Positions 17,373 through 26,479 of a stretch of 64,000 bases of DNA are shown here, piece by piece. The DNA lies in the sequence record AY692264.1. The stretch is one strand, 5' to 3'. The stretch's first letter is position 1. Every line of letters starts with the position of its first letter. This stretch comes from Escherichia phage T5. A program made the translations under genes and the position numbers. Below the pieces are notes generated by a model that saw nothing but the letters and a program-made list of their open reading frames with translations, was not told where the DNA came from and did not search any database.

Positions 17373-17545
17373 TTAAATCTGTGTATACACATCCCGATGA
17401 TATATTTGTATGGGCGGATGGTAGTTGGTGCTATCGATGTGAGCTATGGGAAATGGACTATAAATCCGATGACTATGGTGTCATATATGTTGATACAGTT
17501 GAGTATGATACGTTCTTAGAAAGGGACAAAAATGGAAATAAGTAA
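17363..17545 (+). CDS. small Cys-containing protein (60 aa), paralog of previous ORF
   Basis: GAGGGGAAA RBS; DIFVWADGSWCYR motif. Confidence 0.45.
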   Translation: MSIVKSVYTHPDDIFVWADGSWCYRCELWEMDYKSDDYGVIYVDTVEYDTFLERDKNGNK

Positions 17546-18038
17546 TACTCCAATTATTTTTCTAGACATTGATGGGGTGCTCAATTCGAGCATCTCCCAC
17601 CATCATGCACCTGATGATGAAAAGATTTTCTTTGGAAGTGACTGGGTTTTTAAACCGCTTCTCAAGGCTTTTCAGGACTTTATTCGTCCTTCTCCAATAA
17701 TGATTGTTGGGGTATCTTCATGGTTCTCTGTCAGGAATGAGATGGAGAACGTTCAGATTATGACCGGGTTAGGTCTTATAGACCGTTTTCTTGGTACAAC
17801 GGATTTTACTGGTGGTGGGCTATCTAGGGGTAATTCTGTTCTTCGCTTCGTTGAAAAGCATAAGCTCAAACATTGGTGTGTGCTGGATGATGCTGGTGCT
17901 ATGATGTATCAGTATCCAACGGTTATAGTCAATGGTAGAACTGGAATAAATCTTCAAGATTTAAGAGCTGTTAGCTATATGTTAGAATTTAGTCCAGATC
18001 TTGAAATGTGTAAAGCCCTACAACAATTTAAGGTGTAA
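17532..18038 (+). CDS. HAD-like phosphatase/phosphoesterase
   Basis: N-terminal HAD motif I FLDIDGVLN; AAGGGA RBS. Confidence 0.5.
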   Translation: MEISNTPIIFLDIDGVLNSSISHHHAPDDEKIFFGSDWVFKPLLKAFQDFIRPSPIMIVGVSSWFSVRNEMENVQIMTGLGLIDRFLGTTDFTGGGLSRGNSVLRFVEKHKLKHWCVLDDAGAMMYQYPTVIVNGRTGINLQDLRAVSYMLEFSPDLEMCKALQQFKV

Positions 18039-18040
18039 AT

Positions 18041-18469
18041 ATGTTTAATAATGTATTCTCTAAAGAAGCTAATCCAATATTGGTTAATTTTTGGCGTACT
18101 CTTCCAGCCAACCTGTACAATGAGGCTATTAATGCTCTAAAAATATGGTGTGAGAATAATGAAATCTCCTTTGCTTTTAAAGGCGAGATTGAAGAAGCTC
18201 CCTGTATTGGTTTAATTGTGCAGGTAGAGGATGGTCTTGAAGAGATTGTCGGCTGGAAAGAGTTAGATGAAATGGGCTTGGTTTTTGCATTAAACTATAA
18301 GCTGTTTATGCCTAATAAACACCGTATTGTTGTTAACTATAAAACCAGTGAATCTCCTGGCTTTCAAGTTAATGAACATTACGGTTGGTCTTACTCACCG
18401 GAAGAAGTAAATGATGGTATCCAAAAACTTCGTCGTTTTGGTTATCAAATTCCGGGTTTAACTGCCTAA
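18041..18469 (+). CDS. hypothetical protein (142 aa), tandem paralog A
   Basis: AAGGTG RBS; shares PCIG..GW.EL...GL..ALN..LF and C-terminal Y.PGL with 18479..18871. Confidence 0.55.
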   Translation: MFNNVFSKEANPILVNFWRTLPANLYNEAINALKIWCENNEISFAFKGEIEEAPCIGLIVQVEDGLEEIVGWKELDEMGLVFALNYKLFMPNKHRIVVNYKTSESPGFQVNEHYGWSYSPEEVNDGIQKLRRFGYQIPGLTA

Positions 18470-18478
18470 GGAGGCACA

Positions 18479-18871
18479 ATGGAACAAATATATTGGCGTC
18501 AGATTGATCCTAGTTTGGTGAAGTGTGCAGAGAAGCTGCTACAACGTTGGTTGGGGGTAAGACAAGCCTCCTTCACTTTTCCGGAGCAGCAAATAGACGA
18601 TCCCTGTATTGGTGTTTTCCTATCAGGCTACGCTGGGGAATGGGAATTGGATTGGAATGAATTGTCTGCTATGGGTTTAATTGTTGCACTAAATTTCTCT
18701 TTGTTCCATCCACGTGGTTTGGCTATATGTCGTGTGCCTGATGATGGTTGTTCGCCCCATCTTTTACGGGTGGAAGATGATATTTGGGAGTACACTCCAG
18801 ATACTCTCAAAGAAGCTAAAGAACAGTTAAACCGTGTTGGGATCTATGTTCCAGGCCTGAATGATGAATGA
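18479..18871 (+). CDS. hypothetical protein (130 aa), tandem paralog B
   Basis: AAGGAGG RBS; paralogous to 18041..18469. Confidence 0.55.
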   Translation: MEQIYWRQIDPSLVKCAEKLLQRWLGVRQASFTFPEQQIDDPCIGVFLSGYAGEWELDWNELSAMGLIVALNFSLFHPRGLAICRVPDDGCSPHLLRVEDDIWEYTPDTLKEAKEQLNRVGIYVPGLNDE

Positions 18872-18962
18872 TTTTTATTAGCTGAACTCTGATTACCGAG
18901 TCATTTTGGCTCGGTTTTCTCTGTACTCAAAGACACTGATAGCACCATCCGGAAAATTTTAC

Positions 18963-18991
18963 TTGCAGGATGCCCAAAATCTTGATATAAT
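18963..18991 (+). promoter_or_regulatory. sigma70-type promoter with ~490-nt leader
   Basis: TTGCAG-17-TATAAT; next start codon is at 19489. Confidence 0.5.
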
Positions 18992-19488
18992 ATTTATATT
19001 GAATTGAGAGACATTAGTAAAAATTGATTTTGCTAATTTTTCTTGTTTACAATCCGCGATACGGAACAGTTAGGCTGCCCCATTAAGGGTTGTTTTAACT
19101 GTTACTAGTGTTTATATTGCATTAGTTAATATTCAATTAAGTGATCTGTGTACCCTGAATTCGGAAAGGTAAATCCAAACCGTGCATATTTAGCTCGTTA
19201 TATAGGCAGAGTTTTATATGGGGGTGCGAACGAAAAGAGCAGCGAATGGCGGCACGTACAGTAGTCACCTACCAATAGGATAGTGAGGACAAATAGAATC
19301 GGCTTAGCGGCCAATGACCTAGGTTCTATTCTGTATATGAGCGAAGAGAGCACAGCACTGAGATATGATAACTTATTCATATTGTTTGATGATAATTGAT
19401 GTTTACGTAAATAGTAGTAATAGTTGTTCTATTCTTTCTGAATAGTCCTAAAGAAAAGATTTCGATTAACCAACACAGGAGTATTGTT

Positions 19489-22275
19489 GTGTTTTCTATC
19501 CTCCAAGGTCACGCCGGATTTTCTCGTGATTTAGCAACAGGTATTTGGCGAGAAATCAAAGCGGAAGATTATACCTTTGCCAAGCGATTCTCGAAAGAGC
19601 ATCCAGAAGGTAAACCAGCTTCTATGCCCTTCAAATTTGATGTAATAGAAGAGCACGACCCACAAAGCCTTGCCGAAATGTTACCCCTCATGAGACGTTT
19701 AACGTCTGACCCTCATATCGTTGCGGTGCGAGGTCGATGTCTCGCACCTAAAAATAATGTGCGACGTAAGAAAGGTAACTTTAATGTATCTAATCCTAGT
19801 AATATTATTGCTATGGACGTGGATGGTATCCTAGATACCGGTGGGTATGACAAATTTAATCTTGTTGGTATGGCCCGCCACATTATTAAGATGTTGAATA
19901 GTATTAGTGAGGATATGTTTCCTCTTGATGCAGGGTTTATTGCTCATGCATCGTCTTCGGCTGGGCTAAAACCAGGTATCCGAATGCACTTAATGCTAGA
20001 ATCTAACGTCAAGGTAACTCAGGGTCAGCTAAAGTTCTTATTTACATCTATCAACGATAGTAGTAAGCAAAAATTTGGTTTTGATATTGCCGACCTAGCT
20101 TATTATTCATCTGTCCAGCTCCACTATTTTGCCGACCCCTTATTTAGCGATGGTATTGTTGATCCGTTTAAAGCGGAGAGTAAGCCACGTCTGGTGTATG
20201 TTAAAGGTTCGAAAGTAAATTTGCCCAATAATCTGGTTGACTATGAAACAACTAGAGGGGAGTTTAAGGAAGGGTTTTATTCTTTACTTGATCAAATTAA
20301 AGGCAAAAAGATTGCTTCTGATAAAGTAGAAGAAACCATCAGCGAGTTAGAAGAGGCTGATGATGGAGTGTATTTGCGTATTATCCCCAAACTATACCAT
20401 AGAGCATTAGAGGATGGTGTTGATTTTGCATGGCTAGAACGTGAGATTAAACCAGCTTTATCTGAATATATTGCAACTAAAGATAACAGTCGTAATATTC
20501 AAGATTACTTTAATAACGGTCGTAAGCAGGCTCTCAAAGCGTTTGTTAATAATTCTAAACGTGAGATTCCATTAAATCTGAAAGGTGTTCCACTTAAGAA
20601 ATTAGAAGTGGATTCTCCACCAGAAGTTCCATACCTGAAGATTAACATTGTGCCCCCAAAAGGCCATATAACATTTGTTAAGGCAAGTCTTGGTACTGGT
20701 AAAACTACGGCAGTAACTAAATGGCTGGACGCAGGTGTTCTTCCAGGCAACTTTTTAGCAGTTACAAATACTAGAGCACTGGTATCTTCAAATGCCAAGA
20801 AATTTAGTGCAGGACAATACGATAAGTCTGTAGATATGCTCAACTTTAAACGTGGAGCTATCGATCGTATGTCCACAACTATTCACTCTTTGCATAAGTT
20901 CAAAAGTTTTATTGGGCAAATAGACACCATTTTTATTGATGAATGTGACGCTGTAATGAATGACCTATTATTCGCCCCTGTTGTTAAACAACGTCGCGAG
21001 TGTATTCAAGTTCTACGTGACATCCTTATGACAGCTAAGACTGTAATCTTATCCGATGGTGATATTAGTGCTGAGACGATTGAAGCATATGGTTCTCTAA
21101 TTGATTTTGATAAACCAGTAGCATTTTATAATCATCACCGTAAAATGCTGTCAAAAGCACACGCTTATGAGTTTCCTGATGAATCCAGTATTTGGGTTGC
21201 ACTTCAGACTTCTCTAGAGATGGGTGAGAAATCTATTCTAGTATCTGATTGTGGCCCGGATGAGCTGAATGAGAAGGGTATGGCACTGCGTCGTAATACG
21301 GGTGCGTTAGTTAAGGAAATCCATTCAAACTCCACCTCAGATGTGGATATTCGACGTATTCTGGATTATACAACTAATGAGCTAATTGATCAACAAATTG
21401 ATTGCTTATTATGTAGTCCATCCGTAACGAGTGGCGTTGACTTTAACTATTTCGATAATGTGTTTGTTATTACTAGAACCAGTAATCAAGCGCCAAACAT
21501 GCGTTTCCAAGCAATCAGGCGCGACCGTGGTGCCCAGAACATCTATTATTTTATTGATAAATCTACGAGTGGATTCTCTGCAGGTTCTGAGCAATATAAT
21601 ATTGATGAAGGTTGGCTGGAGTTAGCACAGCAATTATACGCACGTCGTAGAGAGCTGGAATCTAGAAACTATACTAGTACCTTACGTTATTATTTGCTTG
21701 ATCAGGGTGCAACTATTGATATTTTCAGCGAAAGCTGGGGAACTATTGAAGGTGCTGGTAAAGAATATACAGAAGAGCGAATCAAAGCTATTCTGCATTC
21801 AACTCCAGATTATTGTGCCCCACGTCATGCAGATGCATATGAAGCTAAACTACTTCTTGTTCGCTATTATCATCTTGAGTCTATTAAAGATGTAACAGTT
21901 GAGCATGTCGAACAATATATCAAAGATAAACCGAATGATCGAGCTGCATTCTTCCATAAGATGCACGAGATGTTCTGGGAAGATATTAAGAAGTGTTCAA
22001 ATGTGACCATTAAACCATTCATAGAGGCTCTGAAAGGTAAGAAGAAAGACTTCTTCCTTAAAACAGGTCAGAGTGCCAACCCAAAATATGCTAGAATGTA
22101 TCTTGGTATGATGGGTATTGGTAAGGATATGAACACTGAAAATATTGTAGACTGGTACAGAACCTATTGTAAAATCGAGTGTATGCCAATTCCTTTCAAA
22201 TTCATGACAGAGGAAGAGAGGGCTATGGCAGAAGAAGTAATGTCCGAACTTGGAGCAACTAATGAAGATGCATAA
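19489..22275 (+). CDS. UL9-like SF2 helicase / putative replication origin-binding protein
   Basis: 928 aa; GTG start with AGGAG RBS; Walker A SLGTGKTT, motif II IDECD, further SF2 motifs. Confidence 0.65.
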   Translation: MFSILQGHAGFSRDLATGIWREIKAEDYTFAKRFSKEHPEGKPASMPFKFDVIEEHDPQSLAEMLPLMRRLTSDPHIVAVRGRCLAPKNNVRRKKGNFNVSNPSNIIAMDVDGILDTGGYDKFNLVGMARHIIKMLNSISEDMFPLDAGFIAHASSSAGLKPGIRMHLMLESNVKVTQGQLKFLFTSINDSSKQKFGFDIADLAYYSSVQLHYFADPLFSDGIVDPFKAESKPRLVYVKGSKVNLPNNLVDYETTRGEFKEGFYSLLDQIKGKKIASDKVEETISELEEADDGVYLRIIPKLYHRALEDGVDFAWLEREIKPALSEYIATKDNSRNIQDYFNNGRKQALKAFVNNSKREIPLNLKGVPLKKLEVDSPPEVPYLKINIVPPKGHITFVKASLGTGKTTAVTKWLDAGVLPGNFLAVTNTRALVSSNAKKFSAGQYDKSVDMLNFKRGAIDRMSTTIHSLHKFKSFIGQIDTIFIDECDAVMNDLLFAPVVKQRRECIQVLRDILMTAKTVILSDGDISAETIEAYGSLIDFDKPVAFYNHHRKMLSKAHAYEFPDESSIWVALQTSLEMGEKSILVSDCGPDELNEKGMALRRNTGALVKEIHSNSTSDVDIRRILDYTTNELIDQQIDCLLCSPSVTSGVDFNYFDNVFVITRTSNQAPNMRFQAIRRDRGAQNIYYFIDKSTSGFSAGSEQYNIDEGWLELAQQLYARRRELESRNYTSTLRYYLLDQGATIDIFSESWGTIEGAGKEYTEERIKAILHSTPDYCAPRHADAYEAKLLLVRYYHLESIKDVTVEHVEQYIKDKPNDRAAFFHKMHEMFWEDIKKCSNVTIKPFIEALKGKKKDFFLKTGQSANPKYARMYLGMMGIGKDMNTENIVDWYRTYCKIECMPIPFKFMTEEERAMAEEVMSELGATNEDA

Positions 22276-22780
22276 ACCAATGCCTCCTATGGCATTTATC
22301 CTAGAAAAGCTTAGGTATGACGAAAGTACCGGGGACTTAATTTGGTTATCTGGCCCAAGGAAGGGAAAGGTGGCGGGCTCCAAAATGAAAACTGGAAGAC
22401 AGTTAGAGTTTACGATAAATGGGGAGCGGACAGCTTACTTAGCCCATAGAATAATCTGGTTTATAAAGACAGGCGAAGATCCTGGGGATAAAACTATCGA
22501 CCACAAAGACGGTGATAGTTTAAACAACTTGTGGGATAATTTACGTAAGGCTACCTATTCCGAAAATGGAAAGAATAAGAAGTGTTCTACTAATTCTACC
22601 GGATTCACTGGAGTTGTAAAACGAGGTAATAGATATATGGCCTACGCTTACTGCGAGGGAAAGCAGCATATTTTTGGTAGACGAGATACCCCGGAAGAAG
22701 CCCATCAGCTATACCTTAGGGGAGTTAAAGAACTGTTTGGTGAATTTAATCCCTCGGAGAGATATGACAGTGAAGAATAA
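22262..22780 (+). CDS. HNH homing endonuclease
   Basis: IDHKDGDSLNNLWDNLRKAT HNH motif; ATG with GGAG RBS (track TTG start at 22250). Confidence 0.8.
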   Translation: MKMHKPMPPMAFILEKLRYDESTGDLIWLSGPRKGKVAGSKMKTGRQLEFTINGERTAYLAHRIIWFIKTGEDPGDKTIDHKDGDSLNNLWDNLRKATYSENGKNKKCSTNSTGFTGVVKRGNRYMAYAYCEGKQHIFGRRDTPEEAHQLYLRGVKELFGEFNPSERYDSEE

Positions 22781-22997
22781 AAAATGGGAAACAAGGAAGT
22801 TTCCAGTAAAAGAACGTAAAGTTCCTGTTTATGATACTTCGGAGAAGCTATGTAGGGTGGTACCGCACAGATTAGCTGGCATCCCTAACATATCCGAATG
22901 GTTACTTAAACAACGGAGGACTAGCGTATCCCTTCGCATAGGGTTTGAGTTAGATAAAGTATATGCTGAACTTTCTTCTTTGCTCAAAGAATCATAA
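22764..22997 (+). CDS. hypothetical protein (77 aa)
   Basis: Track ORF 22674..22997 trimmed to MTVKNKKW start with GGAGAG RBS. Confidence 0.4.
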   Translation: MTVKNKKWETRKFPVKERKVPVYDTSEKLCRVVPHRLAGIPNISEWLLKQRRTSVSLRIGFELDKVYAELSSLLKES

Positions 22998-23006
22998 AAA
23001 ATTTAT

Positions 23007-23035
23007 TTGCTTTCAGGAAAATTTTTCTGTATAAT
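23007..23035 (+). promoter_or_regulatory. sigma70-type promoter
   Basis: TTGCTT-17-TATAAT plus conserved leader. Confidence 0.6.
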
Positions 23036-23066
23036 AGATTCATAAATTTGAGAGAGGAGTTTAAAT

Positions 23067-23771
23067 ATGGCTGGTTCTCGCAGAAAGAAACATATCCATG
23101 AAATCCCGGATGAAGTCTTTAAAAAAGTTATAGAGCATCTGGAAAACGGTGGTACTAAGAAAGCAGCATGTGAAATGCTCGGCGTATCATCCAATCCAAC
23201 TATGGAAAGGATGATTGAAGAGTGGCAAGACCGCCAGATTCAAGTTGCCGAAATGAAGAAAAAGAAACGTGGTACACTCATTGAAGGTATTGAGTTGGCC
23301 AACGTTATTGAACAGTATCTATCTGGCGATTCTTTCGAAGAGATTGCCGATCGTAATTACCGCTCTGTAGCAATGGTTAAATCTGTTCTGGAACGCTATG
23401 GTGCTCTGCTTCGTTTGAACGATATTGTAGATCCATTGAATCCACCAATTATTCCTGATGATGCTGTAGCAGAAGAATTTGAGGTAGGTGAGCTTGTTTG
23501 GGTTCCTGGATACCAGTGTATTGGTGAAATCAAAAAAGCAATGGATAACCCTGTTGGTTGTTACCGTGTTTGGCTTCTATCAGAAGGCAAACAACAGAAC
23601 GTTCATTATATGAATTATGAGCTGGCCTCTGTTAAACACCTGGAAAAGTTAGGGGTTGATGTAAAATCTCTGGGGTATAAATGGACTCGGGAAGAAGTCA
23701 TTACGTTGATTAACGAAGCTGTTAAGGCCGCCTTGAAACTTGATAAAGAAAAAGGAAAACGCCGTGAGTAG
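23067..23771 (+). CDS. hypothetical protein with helix-turn-helix-like N-terminus
   Basis: 234 aa; consensus promoter and GAGAGGAG RBS; N-terminal region resembles a DNA-binding HTH. Confidence 0.55.
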   Translation: MAGSRRKKHIHEIPDEVFKKVIEHLENGGTKKAACEMLGVSSNPTMERMIEEWQDRQIQVAEMKKKKRGTLIEGIELANVIEQYLSGDSFEEIADRNYRSVAMVKSVLERYGALLRLNDIVDPLNPPIIPDDAVAEEFEVGELVWVPGYQCIGEIKKAMDNPVGCYRVWLLSEGKQQNVHYMNYELASVKHLEKLGVDVKSLGYKWTREEVITLINEAVKAALKLDKEKGKRRE

Positions 23772-24015
23772 ACTAACTGATTTACTTAAAGATGGGGAAG
23801 TAAAAACACTATATCGTAGAAGCTGGGATAACGATAATAACGGCTTAGTGTTACTAACTTTAGATGCTGACTCGGATGTAGCTACTCAGCATACCTGGGT
23901 AGCCGGTAATTATCCATATAGCGAGGTTGTTTCATTAACAGTATGCGAAGCTATTGCAGACGATTGGGAGGTTGCCAGCATTGAGGGTATGCTCGCTGTT
24001 GGCCTGGTGGAGTAA
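23764..24015 (+). CDS. hypothetical protein (~83 aa)
   Basis: GTG start after AAGGAAAA RBS, overlapping previous stop. Confidence 0.45.
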   Translation: MSRLTDLLKDGEVKTLYRRSWDNDNNGLVLLTLDADSDVATQHTWVAGNYPYSEVVSLTVCEAIADDWEVASIEGMLAVGLVE

Positions 24016-24032
24016 CTACTTAAAAATTTCAG

Positions 24033-24061
24033 TTGCTTAATCCTACAATTCTTGATATAAT
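24033..24061 (+). promoter_or_regulatory. sigma70-type promoter
   Basis: TTGCTT-17-TATAAT. Confidence 0.6.
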
Positions 24062-24118
24062 ATTCTCATAGTTTGAAAGAACTATTCTGTTTAATTCTTA
24101 ATTAAGGAAATATAAAAT

Positions 24119-24529
24119 ATGACTACTCCAACTCAGTGGACTGATGAACTGTTCGAAAAAATGTCTTCCGAATACGTTGCTCGTATGGAGCAATTCCCAG
24201 AGGATGAACGTCCGGGTGTTAGCATGGAAATTGTTAGCGAAATTGCCCAGGAAAATGGTGTAACTCCGAACGGTTTTCGTATGAAGCTGACTAAAGCAGG
24301 TTTGTATATTAAGAAAGCTGCTGGTTCTACTTCTAAATCTAGCGCATCTACTGGAGAAAAAGCTTCCGGTGGTTCTCGTACCTCCAAAGCTCAAGCCCAC
24401 GCCGACCTTCGCGCAGCATTCTCTGATGCTGGCTTAGCACCAGATTTTCTGGATGATGCAATTATCGACAAACTGACCGGTAAAGCGGCTGCTCATCTGG
24501 CAGAAGCAATCCGAGCTATCACTAAGTAA
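24119..24529 (+). CDS. hypothetical protein sharing a module with the 27255 protein
   Basis: 136 aa; segment VSEIAQENGVTPNGFRMKLTKAG resembles the repeated module of 27255..28022. Confidence 0.55.
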   Translation: MTTPTQWTDELFEKMSSEYVARMEQFPEDERPGVSMEIVSEIAQENGVTPNGFRMKLTKAGLYIKKAAGSTSKSSASTGEKASGGSRTSKAQAHADLRAAFSDAGLAPDFLDDAIIDKLTGKAAAHLAEAIRAITK

Positions 24530-24565
24530 TTTTAGATAAATCCACCAACAAAAGGAACTATAGCT

Positions 24566-24862
24566 ATGACTAAAGCTGAAATTATTGCACAGTGCGAAAA
24601 ATTTGGTGAGTTTTATCTTCATTACGAGAAACTTCGTCAGAAAGGAACCACGTACCTTCAGGGTACAATGGAATTTGATCCGGCCCAAGATAAATATCTG
24701 GCTGAGCGTATTAAACGCGAACGTATTCGTAAAGCGAAAGATGATGAAATCCTTGTCTTCTCTCGTACTAATGATAGCTTCCGTTTTATTCCTGTCGAGA
24801 AAGTCCGTCGTGTGACTAGCCTCCAATCAGAGTTAGATCGTGCTTCTCCAGTAGGCCGATAA
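24566..24862 (+). CDS. hypothetical protein (98 aa)
   Basis: AAGGAA RBS; followed by rho-independent terminator. Confidence 0.55.
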   Translation: MTKAEIIAQCEKFGEFYLHYEKLRQKGTTYLQGTMEFDPAQDKYLAERIKRERIRKAKDDEILVFSRTNDSFRFIPVEKVRRVTSLQSELDRASPVGR

Positions 24863-24872
24863 GAAAACAATT

Positions 24873-24895
24873 AGCCCCTATATGGGGCTTTTTGT
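24873..24895 (+). terminator. rho-independent terminator
   Basis: Hairpin AGCCCC-tatat-GGGGCT followed by TTTTTG. Confidence 0.65.
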
Positions 24896-24912
24896 GTATT
24901 TGGGATATGTAA

Positions 24913-25221
24913 ATGAGCGAACAGGTAAATCAAAACTATGAAGGACACGTTGATGACCAGTCCATCATACTTTGGGAGAAGGAGGGGGAACAAGTAAGAT
25001 TAACAGTATCTGAATTTCGTGGGAATCTATACATGGGTATTCGTTACTGGCTTCTTGATATTAATGATGAATGGTTTCCAACGAAATCTGGCTTCTCTTT
25101 TCCTTACACCCTAGAAACAACATCACAGCTTTTCTATGCGTTTACACAGATTCTTAGCGAATCTGAGGTTTTACATGAAGTACAGAAACGAGCTGAAGAA
25201 CTCAAAGCCAAGAATGCCTAG
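24913..25221 (+). CDS. PC4-like ssDNA-binding protein
   Basis: EFRGNLYMGIRYW...PTKSGFSF matches the PC4/YdbC C-terminal domain pattern. Confidence 0.6.
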   Translation: MSEQVNQNYEGHVDDQSIILWEKEGEQVRLTVSEFRGNLYMGIRYWLLDINDEWFPTKSGFSFPYTLETTSQLFYAFTQILSESEVLHEVQKRAEELKAKNA

Positions 25222-25248
25222 TTCTTGGCTTTTTCTTTATAAATGTAT

Positions 25249-25277
25249 TTGCTTTCAACTCAGTTTTGTTATATAAT
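25249..25277 (+). promoter_or_regulatory. sigma70-type promoter for ligase N-fragment
   Basis: TTGCTT-17-TATAAT. Confidence 0.6.
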
Positions 25278-25308
25278 ATTTATATAAATTAATGAGAGAT
25301 ATAAATAA

Positions 25309-26280
25309 ATGACTAATGTAAAAGAATTTATTAAACGCTGTCAAGAAGCATATTATCAAGGCATGTCTTTAATCTCTGATGAAGAATATGATCGCCTGGT
25401 AAAACGCTTCCCGTTAGAGGAAGAGATCGGGCCTAAGGGTGATATTCCACATCTATATCGTATGTATTCTTTACAGAAAGTTTACTATAACCGTGGTGAT
25501 AAACCACCATTCAATCCTTTAGGTCAGGTGGAAACCGATAAGTTAGATGGTTGTGCAATTTCTCTGCTATATATTAACGGCGAATTTGTTCAAGCATTAA
25601 CCCGCGGTAATGGTATTCTGGGGAATGATGTCACAAGCAACGTAAGATTGCTGAACATTCCTAAAAAGATTTCCCAAAAAGTACCTACTCAAATCACTGG
25701 TGAAGTTCTAATTACAAAAGAAGTAGAAAATAAACGTAACTTTGCCTCTGGTGCTATTAACCTCAAAGATAGCGATGATTTCGTACAACGTATCGGGGAA
25801 GGTGGTTTAATCTTCGTTGCATACGGTATCCAGTGTTCTGCTGAATCTGTAGGTATTACAGAAGCATATTTAAAAGATATGCTTTGGCTAGAGAATGAGA
25901 ACTTCTTAACAGTTGTTAATGTGCGTTCCTTCTTTAAATGGATTCCGACGGACGGTAAAGTTGTTCGTATTAATGACAACAACAAATTCTTCCGTGAAGG
26001 CTGGACTAATAAATTCCCTCGTGGAGCATTCGCTATTAAAGAGGATGAAGAAGGCGAGATTACAACTCTTACTAAAGTTGAATGGCAGGTAGGGGCTTCG
26101 GGTAAAGTAACTCCAGTTGGTTATTTTGAACCGGTAATTATTGATGATGCTACAATTGTTAAAGCAACTCTTAATAACGTTGATTATATTAACTCTCTCG
26201 ATCTAGAGATCGGTTGCCAGATTCGAGTGATTCGTGCTGGTGGTGTAATCCCGTGCATAGTAGAGCGAGTATACGATTAA
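25309..26280 (+). CDS. ligA: NAD-dependent DNA ligase, N-terminal adenylation fragment
   Basis: 323 aa; KLDG adenylation motif; stops before the Zn-finger/HhH region, which is encoded by the next ORF. Confidence 0.85.
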   Translation: MTNVKEFIKRCQEAYYQGMSLISDEEYDRLVKRFPLEEEIGPKGDIPHLYRMYSLQKVYYNRGDKPPFNPLGQVETDKLDGCAISLLYINGEFVQALTRGNGILGNDVTSNVRLLNIPKKISQKVPTQITGEVLITKEVENKRNFASGAINLKDSDDFVQRIGEGGLIFVAYGIQCSAESVGITEAYLKDMLWLENENFLTVVNVRSFFKWIPTDGKVVRINDNNKFFREGWTNKFPRGAFAIKEDEEGEITTLTKVEWQVGASGKVTPVGYFEPVIIDDATIVKATLNNVDYINSLDLEIGCQIRVIRAGGVIPCIVERVYD

Positions 26281-26330
26281 TACATAACCCTTTGCTACCC
26301 ATCTACCATATCGGAATTATAAAGTGGTTA

Positions 26331-26359
26331 TTGACATTTTCGCCGCTTAGGTATATACT
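26331..26359 (+). promoter_or_regulatory. sigma70-type promoter inside ligase spacer
   Basis: TTGACA-17-TATACT; followed by an 8-codon mini-ORF with GAGGGA RBS. Confidence 0.5.
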
Positions 26360-26423
26360 ATTATCATTCAGTTGAGGGATAGAAAGTTATGGCGAGGGTA
26401 AGCAAAGTTAGTTAAAATTGTAG

Positions 26424-26452
26424 TTGCTAAATGCTTAAATACTTGCTATAAT
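26424..26452 (+). promoter_or_regulatory. sigma70-type promoter for ligase C-fragment
   Basis: TTGCTA-17-TATAAT. Confidence 0.6.
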
Positions 26453-26479
26453 ATTTATATAAATTGATAAGGAAGAAAT

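Noticed and set aside
19198-19380. 60-aa minus-strand ORF in the long leader upstream of the helicase gene
   Set aside because: No RBS or promoter; overlaps the repeat-bearing region interpreted as regulatory or origin-like.
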